Below, in pieces: positions 11,988 through 21,301 of a stretch of 64,000 nt of DNA (the stretch's first letter is position 1; each line of letters opens with the position of its first letter). The notes under the pieces are model-generated. The model searched no databases, was not told where the DNA came from, and was given only the letters and a program-made list of their open reading frames with translations. The stretch covers positions 1-64,000 of the forward strand of contig MCFH01000077.1 of NCBI GenBank assembly GCA_002104945.1, written 5' to 3'. The translations under genes and the position numbers were made by a program. This stretch comes from Piromyces finnis finn. Taxonomy: Eukaryota > Fungi > Neocallimastigomycota.

Positions 11988-13975
11988 ATGGGGGAAGTTC
12001 TCAATCTTCCCCTTCTAACTCCAAAATTGATAATAACCAAACCCACAACATCAACAACATTAATGAGCAATTCTATGTTGATGATACACGTGATTTCCAT
12101 AAAACAAAAAAATTTCCAAATTCTAAAGAAAAATTCTCTAACCCTTTGGTGGATGATCCAATCAATGAAGATGATAATGATTACTTTACACGTGATCACG
12201 TGACAAATACAGTCGATGATAAGGACATCGAAAACCTTATTTATGCATTCAAGAGAAAAAGTTCTGAAGAAAGTGATGAAAGTGATGATGAGGATCACGT
12301 GACCCAGTCGAAGAAAAAGAAACTTCGAGAAAATCCATTACCAATACACACAAAGGCCACTCAGATGAAAGAACAGCAAGAAATTCGTAATGAGAAAAAT
12401 TCAAATTTTCATACCACTACTTCCCGCCTAGACATCTTAGACCCCTCGGTAATTGCAGGCAAGAATATTTCCTCTGCTAAGATGAAAAATAAAGAAACCA
12501 GAAATAAAAGAAGAATTGGTCCAGATATACCAAGTAAACAGGACGAATTAGAAGAAGTTATAGATAGCAAAAAGTCTCCCAAAAGCAACTATTATGACTT
12601 CCTACGTTCTATTGTCATGTTGGGCAAAAATAAAGAATATAATATTTTTGATGCCCTTAATAATACAAATGCTGGTATCTCTTTTGCACAATTGCTTGCA
12701 GTCAGTCCTATCATCAGAAGACTTTGTGCCAAAGGTTTAAAGCTTGATCCAAATGACGTTCGGAAAATAAACGCCATTCAAAATATGGATCTTAATGATG
12801 ATGATATTAATTCATTTATTAATATCATTAATGAAAATTATAATAATAAAAATAATGAAAACAATGATGATGCTGATAATGACAATGATGATGATATTAT
12901 CAATATAGCAGATAACGAAATTAATGTCATTAATAAAATCAACATTGCTTCTGTCATTGGCTCAATTGATAATAACATTGTCCGAGTTTTAGTAGATACT
13001 GGTTCTGATGTTAATGTTATTACTAAATCCTTCTTTAATTTAATATCAGCAAATCATAATATTACACATTTTAAGAGAACTTTCTTTAAATTAGCTAGCA
13101 AACAAGTTATTTCAACAAATCAAGCTGTTAATTTAACTCTTAAATTTGGTGATTTAAAAATCTATGCATTATTCTGGATTCTAGAAGATGAAGATTCATG
13201 TTATGATATTATATTAGGTCGTCAATCTCAAAAGAATCACCGATTATACATTGATCCTGATGATGACTCTCTCTACATGAAAACTAATTCATCTCCTATT
13301 ATGGTTGCTCGTCCCTCAAATTTTAAACAAAATAAAAATAATCTTTCAAATATTTCAATGATTCATTGTTTCAATCCATCAAATATTAATGAATCTCAAT
13401 TTAATTCATTTAATAATAATATCAAAATTCAAAATTTTAATTCGACTTTTAACAATAAAAACAAACTTTTTTATTCAATTAAATTTCGACATTTATTCAA
13501 ATTTAAAAATAAATATTTTTATCCAAAATATCACATTTTTCATTCAAATTTCAGCAAATTTCCAAAAAGAATTAAAAACGATTCACTTATTAAATTTTCA
13601 ATTAATAAGTCAAATCTTGTCGGCCGTGATGAAGCAGAAAAAACGCCAATTATTCACGAAAAATGCCACAAAATCAAGATATATAAAAATAAAAGTAAAA
13701 TTCTAAAATATAATCATTTGAATATTAATATTAACAGGAAATTAAAATCAAGAAAAAAGCGAAATAAACAAAATGATATAATCAAAAATTCATCAAATAA
13801 TTCGTTTAAGAATATATATTTCAGTATAATAAAAAGTGTAAAAGAAAGTATTTCAAATTCAATTATTTTCAATCTAAAAGATTATATCAAATCAGTAACT
13901 TCAATTTTAAAACGACATTATTTCGACATATTAAAATCAAAATTTCATCTATTTTCAAAGTTTAAAGAAAGATAA
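11978..13975 (+). CDS. Spacer plus retroviral-type aspartic protease ORF of element C; no RT, RH or IN
   Basis: Motifs VLVDTGSDVNVI and YDIILG, followed by ~200 aa of K/N/I/F-rich tail and a stop. The frame is open from the slippery site at 11978. Confidence 0.85.
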   Translation, partial: FKLNGGSSQSSPSNSKIDNNQTHNINNINEQFYVDDTRDFHKTKKFPNSKEKFSNPLVDDPINEDDNDYFTRDHVTNTVDDKDIENLIYAFKRKSSEESDESDDEDHVTQSKKKKLRENPLPIHTKATQMKEQQEIRNEKNSNFHTTTSRLDILDPSVIAGKNISSAKMKNKETRNKRRIGPDIPSKQDELEEVIDSKKSPKSNYYDFLRSIVMLGKNKEYNIFDALNNTNAGISFAQLLAVSPIIRRLCAKGLKLDPNDVRKINAIQNMDLNDDDINSFINIINENYNNKNNENNDDADNDNDDDIINIADNEINVINKINIASVIGSIDNNIVRVLVDTGSDVNVITKSFFNLISANHNITHFKRTFFKLASKQVISTNQAVNLTLKFGDLKIYALFWILEDEDSCYDIILGRQSQKNHRLYIDPDDDSLYMKTNSSPIMVARPSNFKQNKNNLSNISMIHCFNPSNINESQFNSFNNNIKIQNFNSTFNNKNKLFYSIKFRHLFKFKNKYFYPKYHIFHSNFSKFPKRIKNDSLIKFSINKSNLVGRDEAEKTPIIHEKCHKIKIYKNKSKILKYNHLNININRKLKSRKKRNKQNDIIKNSSNNSFKNIYFSIIKSVKESISNSIIFNLKDYIKSVTSILKRHYFDILKSKFHLFSKFKER

Positions 13976-14316
13976 AACCACATTAAACATTTATATACAA
14001 ATAATACGACAATTACATTACAAAAATATATAAAAACACAAAAATATTTACACTACGACATTTAACAAAATTTCACTTCATTTTTTTTATTTCTCTTTGA
14101 AAAAAAAATTTTATTAATAAAAATTTTCAAATTTTTCATCATTTTTTTTATAAACCTTATTTTATATTATTTTTATCATATATATATATATATATAGAAA
14201 AAAAAATTTAAATTTTTAAATATTTAGTATAAAAATATCAAAAACTTATATATTTATTATTATTTATGAATATTTTTATCAGCTACCACTAAGTCGTATC
14301 TTAGGGGAGGAAATCT

Positions 14317-14892
14317 TGATAAATAATAATTATAAATATATTATAAATTTGATATTAGTAGAAAATTTTATTATAAAATAATTATTAAATAATTTTATAT
14401 AGTTTATTATAAAAATATAATTTACATAAAATCAAATATTTTATAAATTTATATATTTGATTGGGTTAAATTATAAAAATAATTTTTAATATAAAGAATA
14501 ATAATATTTTTTAGTAGAAAATAAGAAGACTTAGATTACTAATAATAAGTTAAATTTTAATAATAGTTAATATAATTAATTAGTGAATACATAATAATAT
14601 TTAAAAGACAAAAATAAGTTTTTATATAATAAAAATTATTGTTAAAAAAGAGCGTAAGAACAATAAATAAAAGAAAATATAAAAACGAAATTAAACTTGT
14701 CTAATTTGTAATTATTGTGTTAATAATAAATAATATTTTATAGAATAAATCTGGTGTTATTATTCTATATAAATATTATTAAAATAATAAAACTATTAAA
14801 ATTATAAAATAACTTAAAATAAATTAATAAAACTAGTAGATATTGTTAAAGCTCGTACAATAGCTGTCGAGATAAAACAATATAAGATAACA
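14317..14892 (+). repeat. 5' part of the 3' LTR of element C (remainder at 22440..22485)
   Basis: Starts TGATAA directly after the PPT. It is split by B at the duplicated TAACA, and the other end is TTATCA at 22480..22485. Confidence 0.7.
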
Positions 14893-16025
14893 TGTTAAGT
14901 TTTTGGGTTTGGTTATGCGGCCAGGTCAGAATGTTATTAATTATATAGTAAAAATGTTTTTTAAGAAATTAAATTTAATTATAAAATAACACCTTAAACT
15001 CCCAAATGAAAAATGAAAAATTTATATTTACTTTAAAATAACTTTTTATAAATTTTTTATTTATTTAATAATAATATAAATGATATTATAAGTAACTATA
15101 TAATTAAGATTATAACTATAATCTTTACAAAGAATTAAAATCGAATTCAATTCATTCTCTTTTATATTCTTTGTTCAGATTATTAAATTGATATTAATAA
15201 GAATAAAGTATTACATATAATATATTAGTAATATAATTAAATAAGTAATAAGATTGTTTGTTTGTTTGTTTGTTTGTTTGTCATGACATAAAATAAAATA
15301 AACATATGATTAATCATTTAAACAGTTGATCCTAATTAGTAATTATAAAAACTATTCAATTAATAATTCATCATTATTAATTGATATTACCATAACATAT
15401 TTGTTATAACTAAATAATTATTATTTTCAAAATTATTTCTAATAAAACTTGCCGTTAACCTATTTTATAATAATTAAGATTATTTAATTTATAGGTATTA
15501 ACTGTTACACCTAAATGGGTCTAGTTCTATTTTTAGTAACAATCGTTATCATTAATTAAATTAATATAACTAAAATTCCTATTGATATATTTTTAATTTC
15601 ATCAAGTCATAAGAAATATTTATGATCCATACTTGATATCATATTGATTTTAATTTACCTAATAAAATCTTTAAATGATCATAACTTCCTTAAATGATCA
15701 GTTAGAAGGACCGCGATTGTACCAAATTGTAGCTTTCTTCCTAAGCTTTCCAATAAACCTAGTTTCATCACCGTAGCACTTACAGCCGTAGCGATCGTTT
15801 TTGGCGAGTTACACCTTATTTCGTACTTGCTTATTTTTGGTTAAGGGTTATAGTATATTGATATTAAATTTTTGAAATCATAACCCTTTCACTGAATCAA
15901 AATTTAAAAGGTGACTTTTAAAAGTGTTTTAAAATAATTATTGAAATTATTTAATTATAATTATTATGTTTAATTAATTATAGATATTATCTGAATTTGT
16001 TTTAAATCCAGTTAATATCTTCACA
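14893..16025 (-). repeat. 3' LTR of element B
   Basis: TGTTAAG...CTTCACA, same length as 21302..22434 with no difference found by eye. PPT GGGAGGGCGT adjoins at 16026..16035. Confidence 0.95.
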
Positions 16026-16428
16026 ACGCCCTCCCTAGGAATTCGTATTCCAGACGAATTCTATGAACTGGAGCGAAAAGTAAAAATTTTTGATTTTTAA
16101 AAAAATTTTTTCGAGAGGAAGTAATAATTTCAAAAGGTCACTTGGCCATTGTGAGATTTTTGAAATTTCACTTTTTGAAAAATTTTCTTGTAGGTAAAAT
16201 TTTAATAATAAAATTGATACTGCAGATTTTGAATATGAAAATAAAAATAAAAAATAATAAAGTTTTAATATGATAATTGAAAAATATTCGGTGTAAAAAT
16301 TTTTGAAATGTTGAAATTTCAAAATTTTGTGATGAGTTAAATTTCGAAATTTAGTTGTTATAAAAATATTTTGTAAATGGTGTAAAAGTTATTTTAAGAG
16401 AATTATTGACTTATTAATATTATTTTAA

Positions 16429-19400
16429 TTAATTATATGCTATAGAAGCATAATGTCGTCCACTTTTTAAATATTTTTGATAAATGTATTGATTACGTGG
16501 ATTGTCTTCTACTTCACTTGCTGGTACCCAATTATAAGCGGAACGGTATTTGTATCGAATTTTATATTCATATCGTTGTTGTTTATAATTTGTACGGAAT
16601 CCAGATATTTCCACTATATCTTTTATTGATTCTGGATCCGCAGTTCTATTTAAAAATTCTTTTGGAGTTGATCTATAAGGTTCCAACTCAGATACATGAA
16701 ATATTGGATAGTGTTTGGGAAAAGGTGATTTTTTGATATCGATTTCATAATTGTTATTTCTCAAAACTTGAGTTATTTTATATGGACCATATTTACAAGG
16801 AGCTAATTTGGAACTATTTTCAATATTTAGAGAAGGTGGGGCTTGAATCCAAACTAAATCATCAATTTTAAATTTTGGAGCTTCTAAACGACTTTTATCC
16901 ACTCTTCTTTTATACAACTCTTTGGAGCGTAGTAACACTTCTTTTATGTGGTTGAATGCATCATTAACGTTTTGAACTAGTTTATGATTAATATTACATT
17001 GTGGTAATAGGGTCATTTCATCCATCGGAGGGTGGAAACCATAATTAATGAAGAATGGTGTTTCTTTGGTTGATTCATTAACAGCGTTGTTATAGGCGAA
17101 TTCTGCAAGTGGAAGCCAATCAACCCAGTCGTCATGATAGAAAGACTTGGAATAACATCTAAGATACTGTTCAATAAAAGAATTTGACCTCTCGACCTGT
17201 CCAACAGTTTCATGGTGGTCAGTAGTAGCTATTCTTGGATGAATATATAATAAATCCAAAAATTCGAGCCAAACATCACTTGTAGATTGTGAGCCTCTAT
17301 CAGTATATAGGTCATAAGGGAGACCATGTAAACGATATACATTGTTCAAAAAAGCTTTTGCAGTTTGTGCTGCGTTTGGAACTTGTTTAAACGGCACTAA
17401 GTGAATCATTTTAGAAAAGCGGTCAACCACTACCATAATTACGGTGTACCCTTTAGACTCAGGAAGGCCACAAAGAAAGTCAATTTCTATAGATTTCCAT
17501 GGACGTTCTGGAGTATCTAAAGGTTGTAATTTTCCATATTTCCGATGTCTAGTTACTTTATTTCTTGTGCATGTCTCACAAGAATTAACAAATTTAGTGA
17601 CATCATCCTTAATTTTAGGCCACCAAAAATTTCGAGTTATCAATTCTAAAGTCCTTTTTATACCAAGATGTCCAGCAGAGGGTTGTTCATGATATTTCAT
17701 AAGAACATCTAAACGTAGTTTCTCAGGGATATAAACTAAGTTATTATATAAAATAAGATTATTTTTTAATTCAAACTTGTTCATTTTCCTAAATGGTCTA
17801 TAAGCCTTTTGGTCATTATGTGGGCTGAAATATAGCATAATATCCTTAGCAGTTTCGTCGTCCTTTAAGTATTGAATAACTTGTTCCAAGAAGTTACTCA
17901 TAATACCAATGAAACTTGGTATTAGTTTTACATTTTTTGAGTCTAAAATATATTCTGGCTTTTCTTCATAAGTCCTATCCATGTAGTCAGGTCTGCGAGA
18001 TAGACAATCAGGTTTACCATTCTTACGACCTTGTCTGTATATAAGTTCAAAGTCGTATTCATGAAAGAAAAGGTGCCAACGATGTTGTCTTTGATTACCT
18101 ACCTTTCCTCCAAGAGTATAAAGTAAATTTCTATGATCAGTGTAAACTTTTATTTTATATTTAGCACCAAGAAGAAGGTGCCTCCAAGTAGAGAAAGAAT
18201 CCTTAATGGCTAATAGTTCTTTATCTGTTATAGAATAATTAACTTCAGAACTACTTAGACTTCTGGAGTAGTAAGCAACAGGATGTAGACGATTTTCTGA
18301 ATCATATTGAGAAAGTATAGAACCGATAGCAACATTACTTGCATCACATTCTAAAATATATTGTTTTTGAGGATCAGGATGTGATAAAATAGGTGCTGAA
18401 GTTAAACGCGTTTTTAAAATGTTAAATGAGGATTCACATTCTGTGGACCATTTGAACTTTGCATTCTTTTTTGTTAGGTTGTGGAGGGGTTTAGCCAAGT
18501 CTGCAAAATTCATTACAAAGCGTCTATAGTAGTTACAAAGACCTAAAAATCTTTGTACATCCTTAACTGTAGTAGGAATAGGCCAATTTTTGATTGACTC
18601 TATCTTTTTTGGGTCGGTAGCAATTCCTGAACCTGAAATAACATATCCTAAGAATTCAACTTGTGGTTTGTCAAATTCACATTTAGGAAGTTTAGCATAT
18701 AAATTATTTTCTAATAGTTTAGAAAGAACTTCACGTACATGTTGGTGGTGTTCTTCTAAGGTTTTTGAAAATATAAGAATATCATCCAAATAGAGAATAA
18801 CAGATTTTTCCAAGAAAGGTCTGAGAACAGAATTTATAAATGCCTGAAAAGTAGCAGGAGCGTTACGTAAACCAAATGGCATCACTAAATATTCATAGTG
18901 ACCAAACTTTGTGCGAAAAGCAGTTTTATATTCATCACCATTTCTTATTCTAACTAAATTATAAGCAGAGCGTAAGTCGAGCTTGGTGAAATACTTTGCA
19001 CCTTTGACACGTTCTATAATGTCGGTAATAAGTGGTATTGGGTAGGAGTTACGTATCGTTACAGAATTGAGTTTTTTATAATCAATACAAACTCTAAGAG
19101 TACCATCTTTCTTTTTCTGAAATACCACTGGATATCCTGCAGGTGATTCGGATGGTCTAATAAAGCCTTTTTCTAAATTTTCCTTGATATACTCTTCTAA
19201 AACTTTTGATTCTTCTTCTGATAAGGGATAGATGGGACCATAGTGAAGAGTAGCATCTTTTTCTAGTACTATTTTACAATCTGTAATTCTATGTGGTGGT
19301 AGTTTATCAGCTTCTTGTTTGCTGAAAACTTTTGCCAAATCTCGATAGGGTTTTGGAATATCCTCAATAGTATGTTCTTCTAAATTGCTTACTTCTTCTG

Positions 19401-20250
19401 GTTTTTCGGACAAAAAAGTATGAATTAAATAATTATAATTATATCTATCATAATTATTTTTATTTAATATAACTTTTCTAAAAAATTTGGAACGTTTAGG
19501 GTTAAATTTGTGAAATCGACCATTTTTCTTCTTACTAAAGGTTTTAGATCTGAAATAAAAATTATGAATTTTATTTTTTAAATTATAAAAATTGGTGGAA
19601 TAATTTTTATTTTTATTTTTTGTGTTATTTACACCTGTAGAAGTGGTAGGTGTAACATTTATGTCATTTCTATTATAAGAAATGAATTGTTCTAATTTTA
19701 AAAATTTAGTAGCATGCTTCATATTGAATTTCTTTCTGTTAAAATCATATTTTAAATTTGAATATAAATAATTTTTATTATAATTATAATGAATTTCATA
19801 TTTGGACATGAATATATTTCCAAATAATAAATCTGTCGGAATATAATCCGCTAGTAAAAATTTTTCTTTGAAATTGATGAAATGGAATTTATTGTTGATA
19901 AATAGTTTTAACTGAAAGTTTAGGTTGATATATTCATCAAGTTCAATTGAAGTACCACTGATACCTTGTACAGTGATAACATTATTAATTTTATGAGGAT
20001 GTAATTGTAATGTACGTAATAGTTTGTACGACATAAAATTACAATAAGATCCACTATCTAATAGTGATGTACATGCAATTTTATTATGTACATTATTTGT
20101 ACCTCCATTATTGGATAATACATATGTATTAAAAGTAAAAAACGTTGAAGGTAATGTATTATCTTTGTTGATAGTGGGAAAAGTGTAGTTTAATATTTTT
20201 GTATTCGAGTGGTGATGGGACTTCAATGGAAGTCCTTTATTTAGTTTTTT
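16429..20250 (-). CDS. pol: Pol of element B (PR-RT-RH-IN-chromodomain), entered by predicted -1 frameshift
   Basis: Motifs: LLDSGS (PR), YLDD (RT), ECDAS (RH), H-H-C-C and DDE integrase, GPY, and the chromo-like tail EYKIRYKYRSAYNWVP. The track start at 20226 is a TTG; the frame is open to the slippery site at 20244..20250. Confidence 0.95.
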   Translation of the reverse strand, partial: KKLNKGLPLKSHHHSNTKILNYTFPTINKDNTLPSTFFTFNTYVLSNNGGTNNVHNKIACTSLLDSGSYCNFMSYKLLRTLQLHPHKINNVITVQGISGTSIELDEYINLNFQLKLFINNKFHFINFKEKFLLADYIPTDLLFGNIFMSKYEIHYNYNKNYLYSNLKYDFNRKKFNMKHATKFLKLEQFISYNRNDINVTPTTSTGVNNTKNKNKNYSTNFYNLKNKIHNFYFRSKTFSKKKNGRFHKFNPKRSKFFRKVILNKNNYDRYNYNYLIHTFLSEKPEEVSNLEEHTIEDIPKPYRDLAKVFSKQEADKLPPHRITDCKIVLEKDATLHYGPIYPLSEEESKVLEEYIKENLEKGFIRPSESPAGYPVVFQKKKDGTLRVCIDYKKLNSVTIRNSYPIPLITDIIERVKGAKYFTKLDLRSAYNLVRIRNGDEYKTAFRTKFGHYEYLVMPFGLRNAPATFQAFINSVLRPFLEKSVILYLDDILIFSKTLEEHHQHVREVLSKLLENNLYAKLPKCEFDKPQVEFLGYVISGSGIATDPKKIESIKNWPIPTTVKDVQRFLGLCNYYRRFVMNFADLAKPLHNLTKKNAKFKWSTECESSFNILKTRLTSAPILSHPDPQKQYILECDASNVAIGSILSQYDSENRLHPVAYYSRSLSSSEVNYSITDKELLAIKDSFSTWRHLLLGAKYKIKVYTDHRNLLYTLGGKVGNQRQHRWHLFFHEYDFELIYRQGRKNGKPDCLSRRPDYMDRTYEEKPEYILDSKNVKLIPSFIGIMSNFLEQVIQYLKDDETAKDIMLYFSPHNDQKAYRPFRKMNKFELKNNLILYNNLVYIPEKLRLDVLMKYHEQPSAGHLGIKRTLELITRNFWWPKIKDDVTKFVNSCETCTRNKVTRHRKYGKLQPLDTPERPWKSIEIDFLCGLPESKGYTVIMVVVDRFSKMIHLVPFKQVPNAAQTAKAFLNNVYRLHGLPYDLYTDRGSQSTSDVWLEFLDLLYIHPRIATTDHHETVGQVERSNSFIEQYLRCYSKSFYHDDWVDWLPLAEFAYNNAVNESTKETPFFINYGFHPPMDEMTLLPQCNINHKLVQNVNDAFNHIKEVLLRSKELYKRRVDKSRLEAPKFKIDDLVWIQAPPSLNIENSSKLAPCKYGPYKITQVLRNNNYEIDIKKSPFPKHYPIFHVSELEPYRSTPKEFLNRTADPESIKDIVEISGFRTNYKQQRYEYKIRYKYRSAYNWVPASEVEDNPRNQYIYQKYLKSGRHYASIAYN

Positions 20251-21266
20251 GAACTAATTTTTTGAGCTTTATAATTGTTGTTATTGTAATTATTATTATA
20301 TTTTTGGAAGTTATTGTTGTTATTGTTGTTGTTGTTGTTGTATGATCTGTGGTGGTTGAAATGTGAATTTCTTTTCTTGTTAGATTTAGAGTTGGAAGAC
20401 TGGTTAATCTTATTCTTTGTAGAAAGAGAACTTTCGATCAAAATACATCTAGTTATAATGGACTCCATGGTGGTTGGAAATACCTCCATCTTTTCAATTT
20501 CTTCCTGATATTTGGGATGTAAACCATTATAAAAGATTAAAGATAATGCTTCTTCATTCCATTTAAATTGTTGTGAAAGAGAGCGGAATTCCTCGATATA
20601 ATCATTTATTTTACCATATTGTTGTTTTAAACGCATTATTTTGATTTTAGCTATCTTGTAACTAGCAACATTTGAGAAAGCAATTCTTAGTCCATCCAAC
20701 AATTCTTGCATGGTAGATGGATAAATATTATCCTTGTACTTGGCAAGATACCAATTTCTAGCAGCATCACGAAGACGGGATTGTACAAAATTAATTTTTG
20801 TTTCTTCTGGTAAAGTTCGATTTGGTAGAGTTTTGAAAGTATCTTCACATAATTGACAAAACAAATCGGTATCACTAGTCTTACCGGAGAACATACCTGG
20901 ATCTGGCACTTGAGTGATTGGAGTAGCAAAACGGCCTCTCATGATAACATCATGATCCAAATCAAATCTTGTTGAAGTAGATTCATCATCTCTAAAGACA
21001 GTAGGTCTTGGAGTAGCTATCCTATCATAATTGGTATGTAACAATGGTTGTTCATCTTCATTCTGAGCAGTTTGATTATTATTCATATTGGTTAATACAC
21101 TCATGATTTCATTTAAACGATTATTCACATCATTGGAAAAATTTTGAAAATCTTCACGGAAAACCAAATTTTCATTGATACCCTCAATGATATCCTTGGC
21201 AGTCTGAGTAGCATCCTCTCTTAGTTGGTTTACCTCGTCTGGGAAATTAGGAACCGGAGTGAACAT
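20241..21266 (-). CDS. gag: Gag of element B (sushi/Tf-like capsid, no CCHC knuckle)
   Basis: 341 aa with the capsid-like stretch PDPGMFSG...KINFVQSRLRDAARNWY...FYNGL. Confidence 0.9.
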   Translation of the reverse strand: MFTPVPNFPDEVNQLREDATQTAKDIIEGINENLVFREDFQNFSNDVNNRLNEIMSVLTNMNNNQTAQNEDEQPLLHTNYDRIATPRPTVFRDDESTSTRFDLDHDVIMRGRFATPITQVPDPGMFSGKTSDTDLFCQLCEDTFKTLPNRTLPEETKINFVQSRLRDAARNWYLAKYKDNIYPSTMQELLDGLRIAFSNVASYKIAKIKIMRLKQQYGKINDYIEEFRSLSQQFKWNEEALSLIFYNGLHPKYQEEIEKMEVFPTTMESIITRCILIESSLSTKNKINQSSNSKSNKKRNSHFNHHRSYNNNNNNNNNNFQKYNNNYNNNNYKAQKISSKN

Positions 21267-21290
21267 TCTAAAGTAGCCACTAAACAGCGG

Positions 21291-21301
21291 GTAAAGATTA
21301 T
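21291..21301 (-). other. Self-priming-type primer-binding site of element B
   Basis: Minus strand ATAATCTTTAC directly follows the 5' LTR, has no TGG, and is the exact complement of 11 nt inside the LTR (21527..21537). Confidence 0.8.

Noticed and set aside
16035-16322. 95-aa F/K/L-rich ORF in the 3' UTR of B as an env-like gene
   Set aside because: Low-complexity product of AT-rich sequence with a non-ATG start and no env features.
7288-20929. Short ORFs overlapping gag/pol (for example 7746..7991, 9223..9471, 9667..9999, 11984..12298, 13389..13706, 16497..16736, 17444..17692, 20314..20508)
   Set aside because: Shadow frames of the retrotransposon genes with no independent motifs.
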